Shown one piece after another: positions 37,054-45,087 of a stretch of DNA of 64,000 nt; the stretch's first letter is position 1, and every line of letters begins with the position of its first letter. The DNA lies in the NCBI GenBank assembly GCA_964633225.1, contig CAZWFQ010000001.1, positions 27,001 to 91,000 of the forward strand, given 5' to 3'. Both the position numbers and the translations under genes were made by a program. The notes under the pieces were generated by a model, which worked only from the letters and a program-made list of their open reading frames with translations, was not told the origin of the DNA and ran no database searches. Source of the stretch: an uncultured Anaerolineaceae bacterium (lineage in GTDB: Bacteria > Chloroflexota > Anaerolineae > Anaerolineales > UBA4823).

Positions 37054-37497
37054 CTAGAGCCGCTTTTCGATCGCTGTGCGAAGCTTTTGCATGAGGGGTT
37101 TGTCTCGTCCGGCGTCAAAGCGCAGCGAGTCGATTTCCTCTTTGGGGTGTGACCAGGGCAGCCCCTGGCGCAGGTTCTCTGGCTCTGACATGTAGCGGGG
37201 GACGATGTGGGCGTGCAGGTAGGGGTCAGAATTGCCTGCAATGGCATAATTGATGCGGTATGCACCGGTGACTTCTAACAGGGCATCTCCGACCGTAGCC
37301 ATATCGCACAGGTATTCGGCCCGTTTGGCGCGATCAAGGTCGTTCAGGCTGGTTACCACCGGGTCGGGCAGCAGGATGCAGTACCCGCTCAGGAACTGCA
37401 TATCGCACAGCACCACCCAGCCTGAGGGCATGCGGCAGATCACGGTGGGGTTTGTGTTGGTTCGGGCGGTTTCAACGCGTTCGATAACAGTAGGCAT
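37054..37497 (-). CDS. HIT (histidine triad) family protein
   Basis: 147 aa. The histidine triad is PYLHAHIVPRY (HxHxH followed by hydrophobic residues). Confidence 0.65.
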   Translation of the reverse strand: MPTVIERVETARTNTNPTVICRMPSGWVVLCDMQFLSGYCILLPDPVVTSLNDLDRAKRAEYLCDMATVGDALLEVTGAYRINYAIAGNSDPYLHAHIVPRYMSEPENLRQGLPWSHPKEEIDSLRFDAGRDKPLMQKLRTAIEKRL

Positions 37498-37508
37498 AGG
37501 CTATCGCA

Positions 37509-38576
37509 CTAAGCTCCCAGGTCCGTCCAGCGCAGCTCTTTGCCGGCGGGGATAAAGTTCAGGGCGCGCGTGCCGATCACGTTGGCTACCTGGTCAGGTG
37601 TGATCGCCCCGGGGGTTGCCGGGCGCAGGACATCAATCATCTCGCGGGTAAGGACCTCACCGGGCTCGATATCGCGCCCGGCGCGCAAACAACGCCGTTG
37701 GACCACTGCCGTTTGCACTTCGTTGCCCGCCACGAACTTATCTGGCGAGCCGAGGGAGCGCTCCAGCAGGCGAGTTTCTTCAACCATGCGAGCCCAGTTT
37801 TCAGGGTTCATGGCGAACTTATGATCTGGGCCTTCGCGGTCATTGCTGTCGGTAAAGTGGCGCTCAATAACGCGCGCTCCCAGGGTCACTGCCCCCAAGA
37901 CGGGAGCCAGGGCATGGGTGTGGTCTGAAAGGCCCAGGATCACGCCGGGGAACATGGTGGCGTAGGTTTTGAGCACGTTCAGGTGCAGGTGATCGTAATT
38001 ATCGGGGCTGGCGGTGTAATTGGTATTGCACTGCATCAGCACCAACTGCGGGTTGATCTTGAGGATGGCATGCACGGCCTGCTGGACCTCGCCGATGGTC
38101 GAGGCGCCGGTGGCGATAAAGAAGGGTTTGCCTTTAGACGCCATCCGTTCCAGGGCTTCGATCCAGTCAATCTCACCAGAGCCGGCCTTATAAAGCTTCA
38201 CATGTTCATCGAGCATATCGATGGCTTCAAAATCGTAAGGGGCCGAGAAGAACTCAATGCCTACTTTGTCACATTCATCCTTAAGGATCGGTGTCCATTC
38301 AAAGGGAATGGACGCCCGCTGGTAGACCTCAAAGACCGATTTCTTCCAACTGGCCTGGTGCGAGACCTGGCTGTTCATGTGCTTGAAGCCGTAATCTGAG
38401 ACGATCTGGGGGGCGCGGAAGTTCTGGAACTTGGCTGAGTCAGCCCCGGCCTGTTTGGCCAGGCGGATGAGCATCTTGGCCCGTTCCAGGTCGCCGTCGT
38501 GGTTGGCGGCGATGTCGGCAATGAAATAGGTGGGGTGATTGGGGCCAATGGTGCGGTTGGAGATGGTGATGTCCAT
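37509..38576 (-). CDS. NeuB-family nonulosonic acid synthase with C-terminal SAF domain
   Basis: 355 aa. IGPNHPTYFIADIAANHDGDLERA, DSAKFQNF, FFIATGAST and GLSDHT. The C-terminal ~70 aa (RRCLRAGRDIEPGEVLTREMIDVLRP..IPAGKELRWTDL) are SAF-like. Confidence 0.8.
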   Translation of the reverse strand: MDITISNRTIGPNHPTYFIADIAANHDGDLERAKMLIRLAKQAGADSAKFQNFRAPQIVSDYGFKHMNSQVSHQASWKKSVFEVYQRASIPFEWTPILKDECDKVGIEFFSAPYDFEAIDMLDEHVKLYKAGSGEIDWIEALERMASKGKPFFIATGASTIGEVQQAVHAILKINPQLVLMQCNTNYTASPDNYDHLHLNVLKTYATMFPGVILGLSDHTHALAPVLGAVTLGARVIERHFTDSNDREGPDHKFAMNPENWARMVEETRLLERSLGSPDKFVAGNEVQTAVVQRRCLRAGRDIEPGEVLTREMIDVLRPATPGAITPDQVANVIGTRALNFIPAGKELRWTDLGA

Positions 38577-38594
38577 AGGATTCTCCGTTAAATA

Positions 38595-38618
38595 CAGTGG
38601 ATCGTGGATGGTGAATGG
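38595..38618 (-). repeat. tandem heptamer element, copy d (5' leader of the neuB-like gene with SAF domain)
   Basis: The minus strand reads CCATTCA CCATCCA CGATCCA CTG. Confidence 0.6.
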
Positions 38619-38629
38619 GATTTACTGCT

Positions 38630-38672
38630 GAGACGCAGAGAGCGCTGAGTTTTTGAGTTTTCTCCGCGTCTC
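38630..38672 (-). other. 12-bp RNA hairpin without U-tract in the 115-bp gap before the neuB-like gene with SAF domain
   Basis: The minus-strand RNA has GAGACGCGGAGA, a 19-nt loop, then UCUCUGCGUCUC. It pairs fully if one G-U wobble is allowed. No U-tract follows. Confidence 0.4.
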
Positions 38673-38691
38673 GACGGCGAAAATGGTTTTA

Positions 38692-39657
38692 TCAGGTGAA
38701 TAACCCTTGAATAAACTGTGGATAACCCTGTTGATAAAGTTGGTAAAAGGTCTCGATACCTGTGGATACGCTGGGGAGAGAATGCCCCAGGGCGGCGGCA
38801 AGCTTATCGGTGCGCATGGATAGGTTGGGAGAGCGGGCGGCTTTCAAACCACCTTGCATCACCGACGCGGGCTGGATCAGGCCTGCATCCAGGTCAAAGC
38901 GCTGGGCCAGGCGCAGGCCAAATTCGTACTTGCTCAGGCATTGGCTGCTCACAGTGTGGTAAATGCCGCTCAGATCCTTCTCCAACATTTCGATCAGCAC
39001 ATGGGCCAGGTCATTGGCCAGCAGGGGGCAGAAGAAGACATCCGTAAAGCCATTGACTTGTTTGCCCGCGCTCAAATTGTTGACGAAAAACTCCGCCAGG
39101 CTGCGCTTGCCAGAAGGGCTCCAGCCGAAGAGGTTTACCCGCGCAACAATGGCCTGGGGATTGGCCTGCATCACGGCAAGCTCGCCCTCCAGCTTGGTGC
39201 GAGCATAAACGCCCAGCGGGTTAGGAATATCCGTTTCGCTGTAGGCGCCGCGCTGACCGTCAAAGACGCAGTCGGTGGAAATGTGCAAGAAGCGCGCTCC
39301 GCCCCTGGTGACATTGGCGATCGATGAGCGAGCGTCTTGTCCAGTATGGGGCCGGCAAAGTTCAGCCAGTTGCCGCGGTAACTCGGTATTCAGTTGAGAT
39401 GCCAGCGCTGGGTCTGCTTCGCAGGCATCTACGTTCGCGAGGGCGGCGCAGTGGATGACCCAATCGGGCCGGGTTTGCTCTAACAGGCTTTCCACTGCAC
39501 CTGGGGCCAACAGGTCGGTCTGGACGACCTGGAAGGCAGTTGGCGCATTCGCAAACGCATGGCTGTTCGCCGTGCCGAATACCGTATGCTCCTTTGCCGC
39601 CTCCAGGGCCAGGTTGAGACCCAACAACCCGCTGGCTCCTGTGATCAGGATGCGCAT
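38692..39657 (-). CDS. RmlD-like NAD(P)H sugar 4-ketoreductase (SDR, RmlD substrate-binding type)
   Basis: 321 aa. MRILITGASGLLG, HISTDCVFDGQRGAYSETD and PLGVYARTKLEGE (YxxxK). Confidence 0.75.
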   Translation of the reverse strand: MRILITGASGLLGLNLALEAAKEHTVFGTANSHAFANAPTAFQVVQTDLLAPGAVESLLEQTRPDWVIHCAALANVDACEADPALASQLNTELPRQLAELCRPHTGQDARSSIANVTRGGARFLHISTDCVFDGQRGAYSETDIPNPLGVYARTKLEGELAVMQANPQAIVARVNLFGWSPSGKRSLAEFFVNNLSAGKQVNGFTDVFFCPLLANDLAHVLIEMLEKDLSGIYHTVSSQCLSKYEFGLRLAQRFDLDAGLIQPASVMQGGLKAARSPNLSMRTDKLAAALGHSLPSVSTGIETFYQLYQQGYPQFIQGLFT

Positions 39658-39678
39658 AGATTTTGAACCTATCCGAAA

Positions 39679-39695
39679 GGCGGGTTTTGCCCGCC
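39679..39695 (-). terminator. short GC hairpin plus TTT between the pseB-like and rmlD-like genes (weak terminator or attenuator candidate)
   Basis: The minus strand reads GGCGGG-CAAAA-CCCGCC followed by TTTCGG, in the 56-bp gap 39658..39713. Confidence 0.35.
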
Positions 39696-39713
39696 GGTTA
39701 TTCGGGTAGATGA

Positions 39714-40724
39714 TTACTCTTCTGGTGCAATATTCAAGTTCTTGTTTTCAAAAGGTGCCACCATCTGGCGGATCTGGTCAACATCCAGCCATTGGGGGTT
39801 ATTGTCGCTGGCGTAGTGGAACCCATCGGGCAGGGGCTTGCCGCACTCTTGCCACTCGTGCCCAAACCAAAGTGCGCCGCTGGGCTGAACGACAAACATA
39901 TCGTCCATCTCAAGCGTCGAGCGGGCCTCGTCTTCAGAAATCAGCACTTCGTGCAGTTTCTCGCCCGGGCGAATGCCCATCACTTCCAGGGTGGCATCTG
40001 GGGCAATGGCCTTGGCCAAATCAACGATCTTGGTGCTGGGGATCTTGGGCACAAAGACTTCGCCGCCGTGCATCTGTTCAATGCGGCTGATCACGAAACG
40101 CACGCTTTGTTCCAGGGTCAACCAGAAGCGGGTCATGCGGGCATCGGTGATGGTCAGCCGCCCACTGCTGCGCTGCTGCATGAAGATGGGCACAACGCTG
40201 CCGCGCGAACCTACCACATTGCCGTAGCGCACACAGGAGAAGCGGGTTGCCATGCCGCCGGCGTAAGAATTGCTCTGCACAAAGAGCTTTTCGGCCGCCA
40301 GCTTGGTGGCGCCATACAGGTTGACCGGGTTGACGGCTTTGTCGGTGCTCAGGGCCAGCACCTGTTTGACCCCGGCGTCCAGGGCTGCATCTATCACATT
40401 GCTGCTGCCCAGGATGTTGGTTTTGATCGCTTCCATGGGGTTATACTCGCAGGCCGGCACTTGTTTCAGCGCGGCTGCGTGCACCACAATATCCACCCCG
40501 TGCATGGCGCGGCGCAGGCGTTCCACGTCGCGCACATCGCCAATGAAGTAGCGCAGGTTGGGTTGGTTGAAGCCCGCCACGCGCATTTCGTGCTGTTTCA
40601 GTTCGTCGCGGCTGAAAACGATCAATTTGGCGGGGCGGTACTCGTTCAAGATGATCTCAACGAACTTCTTGCCGAACGAGCCGGTGCCGCCGGTGATAAG
40701 AACGACTTTTTCATTCCAGTTCAT
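39714..40724 (-). CDS. pseB: UDP-N-acetylglucosamine 4,6-dehydratase, PseB/FlaA1 type
   Basis: The track ORF extends to 40862. The ATG at 40724 gives MNWNEKVVLITGGTGSFGKKF. Also present are SRDELKQHEM, IGDVRDVERL, STDKAVNPVNLYGATKLAAEKLF, RYGNVVGSRGSVVP, MTRFW, GGEVFVPKIPS and IRPGEKLHE. As I remember them, this is colinear with Helicobacter/Campylobacter PseB. Confidence 0.8.
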   Translation of the reverse strand: MNWNEKVVLITGGTGSFGKKFVEIILNEYRPAKLIVFSRDELKQHEMRVAGFNQPNLRYFIGDVRDVERLRRAMHGVDIVVHAAALKQVPACEYNPMEAIKTNILGSSNVIDAALDAGVKQVLALSTDKAVNPVNLYGATKLAAEKLFVQSNSYAGGMATRFSCVRYGNVVGSRGSVVPIFMQQRSSGRLTITDARMTRFWLTLEQSVRFVISRIEQMHGGEVFVPKIPSTKIVDLAKAIAPDATLEVMGIRPGEKLHEVLISEDEARSTLEMDDMFVVQPSGALWFGHEWQECGKPLPDGFHYASDNNPQWLDVDQIRQMVAPFENKNLNIAPEE

Positions 40725-40737
40725 GCGATGGTAGCTC

Positions 40738-41262
40738 CTATAGTAATCCAAGGTAATCCAGCCCCAGGTAGCCAGTTTCCACATCGGTAAGCTGGCTGCT
40801 GCGCAGGTGCTGGCGGAAATCGGGCAGAGGCATTTCAAATACTTCAATGAATTCGTCCGCATCAGGGCTGGGCGGTTGGACTGGGCGGCAGTGGGTAGCC
40901 ACGAAGTTGTAGCGCACCATGGTCGAATAGGCGCAGTCCAGGCTGGTGCTGACCAACTCTAATTTTCCGGCATAGCCGGTTTCTTCAAGCAGTTCGCGGC
41001 CAGCGGCGGCTTCGGGGGCCTCGCCTGGCTCGGCGCCGCCGCCGGGCATTTCAATCAGCACTTTTTCGGGGCCGGGGCGAAACTGGCGTGTCATCACCAC
41101 CTGGTTCGCATCGGTCAGGGCCAGGATGCATACGGCGCGGCCCTCATGCTTGATATCAAAGATGCTCTCGCGTCCATCGGGCAGGCGGTACACGCGACGC
41201 AGGATGCGGCGCGAGCCGGTCTCCAGGGGTTGTTCAGAGAGCTTGATCCAGTCGTTGAGCAT
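40738..41262 (-). CDS. NUDIX hydrolase
   Basis: 174 aa. Nudix box GGGAEPGEAPEAAAGRELLEETGY. Confidence 0.8.
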   Translation of the reverse strand: MLNDWIKLSEQPLETGSRRILRRVYRLPDGRESIFDIKHEGRAVCILALTDANQVVMTRQFRPGPEKVLIEMPGGGAEPGEAPEAAAGRELLEETGYAGKLELVSTSLDCAYSTMVRYNFVATHCRPVQPPSPDADEFIEVFEMPLPDFRQHLRSSQLTDVETGYLGLDYLGLL

Positions 41263-41264
41263 GC

Positions 41265-42206
41265 TTAATCCTTACGTAAAACGATGAGCGGGTATTGGCC
41301 ATTCTCACCAAACCAGTGCGGCAGGCGTTCTTCCAGCCAGTACAGACAGCGCAGCCAGAAGCGCCCGCCCAGTCGGTGGTGGATGAAAGTGCGCAAGAAG
41401 TGCACGCTAACGCTGCGCCAGCACCAAATTTCGACCGGCATCTGTGCTCCAACCGTGGTTTTGAGCCAGGCGGGCGTGTGTTTGCGGACGAAGGTGCCTC
41501 TTGGAGTGGGTAGTGGAGAGTGGGTCGTGGATGCTGCCTGGTCAGCCGGCTGTGTCCGAGGAATGGGCCGGGAGGAGGGGCGAAGAAAATGATAGACCTG
41601 TTCTGCCAGCTTGATCCAGAAGTTGAAAAAGACGGTCAGCGGAGGCAGGTCCCAGCCATTGACGATCACCGCGCTGGAGGCGGGGGCCAAGACGCGCTGC
41701 AGCTCCTGGTAGGCACGCAGGTGCTCTTCAAAGGGCAGGTGGTGAATGGTGTGCAGAGAGACGATCCCGTCGAAGGTGCCGGGCTTGAAGGGTAGGTTGG
41801 CAATATCTGCCACCACAAACAACCCGTGCCCCCCATTGGATGCATCGCCAATCCGCTTGCGCGCTTCTTGCAAGGCCACCCGAGAGATATCCAGGCAGAC
41901 CCGGTATTGGTAGGGGGGGGGATCGTTCTTTCCCAACGAATATTCCAGGTATTCAGGATACTGGATGGGGCCAGAACCGGCATCCAACAGTAGGCGGCCC
42001 TTGGGCTTAAGGTGGCGTGTTACGCGCTGGTGGCAGTCGTGGATGTACTGCCGCGAGACCGGGCGCAGATCTTCGTAGGTGGCATTCTGATAAACGCCAG
42101 TACCCACTTCTTGCCAGCCTACCTGGTTATAGAATTCCTGTACCTGGGCCTTGGTGTTGGCAGGTGTGCCCGGTGCAGGGGATGCTTGCTGTTTTGGGGC
42201 TACCAT
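41265..42206 (-). CDS. class I SAM-dependent methyltransferase
   Basis: The track start at 42245 is TTG. The ATG at 42206 lies 3 nt after the upstream stop. LLLDAGSGPIQYPEY (motif I) and FDGIVSLHTIHHL are present. A heptamer-repeat-derived insert (STTHSPLPTP) sits in the C-terminal third. Confidence 0.7.
   Translation of the reverse strand: MVAPKQQASPAPGTPANTKAQVQEFYNQVGWQEVGTGVYQNATYEDLRPVSRQYIHDCHQRVTRHLKPKGRLLLDAGSGPIQYPEYLEYSLGKNDPPPYQYRVCLDISRVALQEARKRIGDASNGGHGLFVVADIANLPFKPGTFDGIVSLHTIHHLPFEEHLRAYQELQRVLAPASSAVIVNGWDLPPLTVFFNFWIKLAEQVYHFLRPSSRPIPRTQPADQAASTTHSPLPTPRGTFVRKHTPAWLKTTVGAQMPVEIWCWRSVSVHFLRTFIHHRLGGRFWLRCLYWLEERLPHWFGENGQYPLIVLRKD
41505..41533 (-). repeat. degenerate heptamer element, copy g (in frame inside methyltransferase CDS)
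   Basis: The minus strand reads CATCCACGACCCACTCTCCACTACCCACT and is translated as STTHSPLPTP. Confidence 0.45.
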
Positions 42207-43810
42207 TGAACTGGCTCTCCCACCAGGTAACGGAAGGTCTGCCAAAATGCCTGCTGGCCCTCAGCGCTTAATAGGCGCTGGATGGGCCATTCTTCCAGGT
42301 CTTTCCAGATGTGCAGCAAGTGCCAGGGGAAGGGATGTGGGTAATCGAAGAAAAAGCGGTAAGCATAGTGCCAGGCGCGCCCTACCTGTGCCTCTGCCAG
42401 ACGGTAGCTGGTGGGGTCTGTCAGTACTTGTTCCAAAGTCTTGAAATAATCTTCCCACGAAGCCGGGTCGAGGGTGAAGCCTTTCTCGCGGTAGTGGGTA
42501 TTGCCTACCACAATCACCGGCACGCCGCTCATGGCCATTTCCATGCCGACGGTGGTGGTGTAAACCAATCCCAGGTCGGCAATCTCTACGATATCGTAGG
42601 TGTTGACCTGGGCATCGGCTGCCACCAGGTGGATGTGTTCTGGCAGCTCGGGCAGTACCTGGCTGACCACGCCCGCCACCGATGGGCCTTTGGTGATCAG
42701 TTCTCCAGGGTGGATGCGGATGACGAACTGCACATCTGGGCGCGATACGAAGAATTGCACCGTGCGTTTGAGCCAATCGGTCATCGAATCGCTGAAGACC
42801 TGCCGCCCCAGGGTCAGGCTGTCGCCGATGACGTTGGTTGCCAATAAGACCACCGGGCGCTCATCCAGTCCCAGGGCCTGGCGCACCTTGGCGCCGCCGG
42901 TGCTGGGCACGCCTTGCCAGCGGCGGGCAAAATTCTCCCACAGGCTGGCGCGCTGGCGTGAGGCAAAGAGGGTGCGCACCTGGGCCATTTGCTCGTCGTT
43001 CAAGGTTTGATCCTGGCGGGCCTGCCACAGGTCGTTGGTTTCCTGGCGCATCACTTCGGCATTTTGAGCGATCCAGATGCGGCTGCGCTGTTCACCAAAT
43101 TCGTACGTTACTACTGGAATATCCAGGTAGCGCGCCACCTGGTAGAGCACCCCAAATTCCAAGATCGTGCCGTTGGGCAGGATGACCACATCTGGGCGCT
43201 GCTTTTGCAGCCAGGCCAGGGCAGCCTTGGCAGCTTCTAGATTGCGTTCCAGGCGCAGGCGGTAGAGGTCACTATCCTGGCTGACCTCCTCAACCTGGAG
43301 GGTGTACTGTGTATCCCGCAGGGCCACAAGGCGCACGGCCTCGTCCAGGGCGGGGGGCAGCGGCGTTGTTTGGGTTGTGGCCGCCCCAATTGGCAGCAGG
43401 GGGTGGATCTGCACCAGCGGCTCGAGCTGTTGGAGCAGTTTGTAGGCATACAGGTTATGCCGGCGCAGGTTAAAGCGTTCCATTGGCCGCTGCCAGCGGG
43501 CATAAGGCAGGTAAGAGAAGGTTACGCGGTGTCCTTGCCCGGCTAAGGCTGTGCTGAGCAAGGCGGCGTGTTCGATCCAATAGCGCAGGGTGCCAAAAAT
43601 AAAGATGCGCTTGGCGGGGGTGGTTTCGGAATGAGAGCCCAGGGCTGTTTCGGCTTGCTGTCGCCAGGTGGGGAGTAATTTTTCCATGCGGCGCAGTGAG
43701 AAGTCTGCCGTCAGCGGCTTGCCGGGCGTGCGGATGTACCAATAGGCCTCCGCCATGAGGGGAATCTTCCCCAGGATATTCTTGATGTCAGATTTCCCGA
43801 TCAGCTTCAT
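42200..43810 (-). CDS. KpsS/KpsC/TagF-like GT-B protein, paralogue 2
   Basis: 536 aa. FVIRIHPGE and LGLVYTTTVGMEMAMSGVPVIVVGNTHY parallel 19657..21399. ATGA overlap with wzt copy 2. Confidence 0.5.
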   Translation of the reverse strand: MKLIGKSDIKNILGKIPLMAEAYWYIRTPGKPLTADFSLRRMEKLLPTWRQQAETALGSHSETTPAKRIFIFGTLRYWIEHAALLSTALAGQGHRVTFSYLPYARWQRPMERFNLRRHNLYAYKLLQQLEPLVQIHPLLPIGAATTQTTPLPPALDEAVRLVALRDTQYTLQVEEVSQDSDLYRLRLERNLEAAKAALAWLQKQRPDVVILPNGTILEFGVLYQVARYLDIPVVTYEFGEQRSRIWIAQNAEVMRQETNDLWQARQDQTLNDEQMAQVRTLFASRQRASLWENFARRWQGVPSTGGAKVRQALGLDERPVVLLATNVIGDSLTLGRQVFSDSMTDWLKRTVQFFVSRPDVQFVIRIHPGELITKGPSVAGVVSQVLPELPEHIHLVAADAQVNTYDIVEIADLGLVYTTTVGMEMAMSGVPVIVVGNTHYREKGFTLDPASWEDYFKTLEQVLTDPTSYRLAEAQVGRAWHYAYRFFFDYPHPFPWHLLHIWKDLEEWPIQRLLSAEGQQAFWQTFRYLVGEPVQW

Positions 43811-45087
43811 AATGTCTCAATGATCCAATCCAGGGCCGGGCGTACCGGGCCAAGGCGCGGTTCAGGCCAATGTTTGCCAGGTGCGCCTGTGGCGTCAACG
43901 TTGAAAGCCAGGGCGTGGTCGTCCCAAAAATAACGCTTGACATGGAAGGCGCTGGCGTTGACCGCCAGGACATAGCGACCTTCGTTCAGCCAGTTGGCTG
44001 GCAGGGTGCAGCGGCTGAGGTAGTGCCCGGCTGGCCGGCTGCCGTGGCGCTCAAACTGCCCCGGGTCATCCGTATCAAAGGATGTAAAGACGTACTCGCC
44101 GCGCATGGTCAGCAGGTAAATGCCCACCCGCAACCCGGTGATGGGCTGGTCGAGACGGTATTCCACCTCGATGGTGAGCGGCTCGGTGGAACGCGCCGTA
44201 TCTACCACCCGGCCCTGTGGGTCGCGCACGCGCAGCGCCAGCGGTTGGAAGGGGGCCGCGTCGGCAGGCACTTCGTCAGCCTGCCACAGGCGTTCTCCAG
44301 CATCCGAAAAACCGGCTGCCATGTAATAATCCACTGCTTCAGGGGTGGGAGCGCGGTAGGCCAGGCGGCCTTTTTCGAGCACCAGGGTTTCCTCGGTCAG
44401 GCGCAGGATGGCTGACATATTATGGCTCACAAAGAGCACCGTACGCCCGGCCTGGGCCACATCACTCATCTTGCCCAGGCATTTGCGTTGGAATTCGGCA
44501 TCGCCAACTGCCAGCACCTCGTCTACCACCAGAATCTCGGGTTCCAGGTGCGCCGCCACTGCAAATGCCAGCCGCAGGTACATGCCGCTGGAATAGCGTT
44601 TGACGGGGGTATCAATAAATTGGCCCACCTCAGAAAATTCAACGATCTCTTCGAACTTGCGCTCGATCTCGGTGCGCTTCATGCCCAGGATAGCGCCGTT
44701 CAGATAGATATTTTCGCGTCCGGTCAGTTCTGGATGAAAGCCCGTGCCCACCTCGAGTAGAGAGCCCACCCGGCCATGAATTTCGGCCTGGCCGGTGCTG
44801 GGTTCGGTTACGCGGGAGAGGATCTTGAGCAAGGTCGATTTTCCGGCGCCGTTGCGTCCCACAATGCCCAACACCTGGCCGCGCCGGACGTCAAAAGAGA
44901 CGTCTTTCAGTGCCCAGATGGTGGAATGGCTGGAATCATCTGGGTTGCCCTGCCCGGCGGTCAATCGTTCGGCCAGGTGCCGGCCAGCGCTGGTGATGGT
45001 GTCCCGCAGGGTACGGTAGCGCTCAGGGGCGGTGCCGATGCGATACGACTTGCTGATATTTTCAACGCGAATGGCGATATCGTTCAT
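43807..45087 (-). CDS. wzt: polysaccharide ABC exporter ATP-binding protein, second copy, with C-terminal glycan-binding-like domain
   Basis: 426 aa. Walker A GRNGAGKST, signature YSSGMYLRLAFA and Walker B ILVVDE. C-terminal ~170-aa beta-rich domain (LALRVRDPQGRVVDTARSTEPLTIEVEY..GRYVLAVNASAF). Confidence 0.85.
   Translation of the reverse strand: MNDIAIRVENISKSYRIGTAPERYRTLRDTITSAGRHLAERLTAGQGNPDDSSHSTIWALKDVSFDVRRGQVLGIVGRNGAGKSTLLKILSRVTEPSTGQAEIHGRVGSLLEVGTGFHPELTGRENIYLNGAILGMKRTEIERKFEEIVEFSEVGQFIDTPVKRYSSGMYLRLAFAVAAHLEPEILVVDEVLAVGDAEFQRKCLGKMSDVAQAGRTVLFVSHNMSAILRLTEETLVLEKGRLAYRAPTPEAVDYYMAAGFSDAGERLWQADEVPADAAPFQPLALRVRDPQGRVVDTARSTEPLTIEVEYRLDQPITGLRVGIYLLTMRGEYVFTSFDTDDPGQFERHGSRPAGHYLSRCTLPANWLNEGRYVLAVNASAFHVKRYFWDDHALAFNVDATGAPGKHWPEPRLGPVRPALDWIIETL

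Noticed and set aside
39714-40724. Calling a complete pseudaminic acid (pseBCHGIF) pathway from the PseB-type dehydratase and a NeuB homologue
   Set aside because: No PseC-type aminotransferase, PseH acetyltransferase or PseG hydrolase is recognisable in the window. An RmlD-like reductase sits where pseC is expected.
39792-40790. Long plus-strand ORFs (332 aa here; also 30643..31548, 22755..23549, 57170..57892, 17787..18428 and others)
   Set aside because: All lie antisense to strongly motif-supported minus-strand genes. They have low-complexity Arg/Gly/Ala/Pro-rich translations typical of GC-rich antisense frames, and they carry no family motifs.
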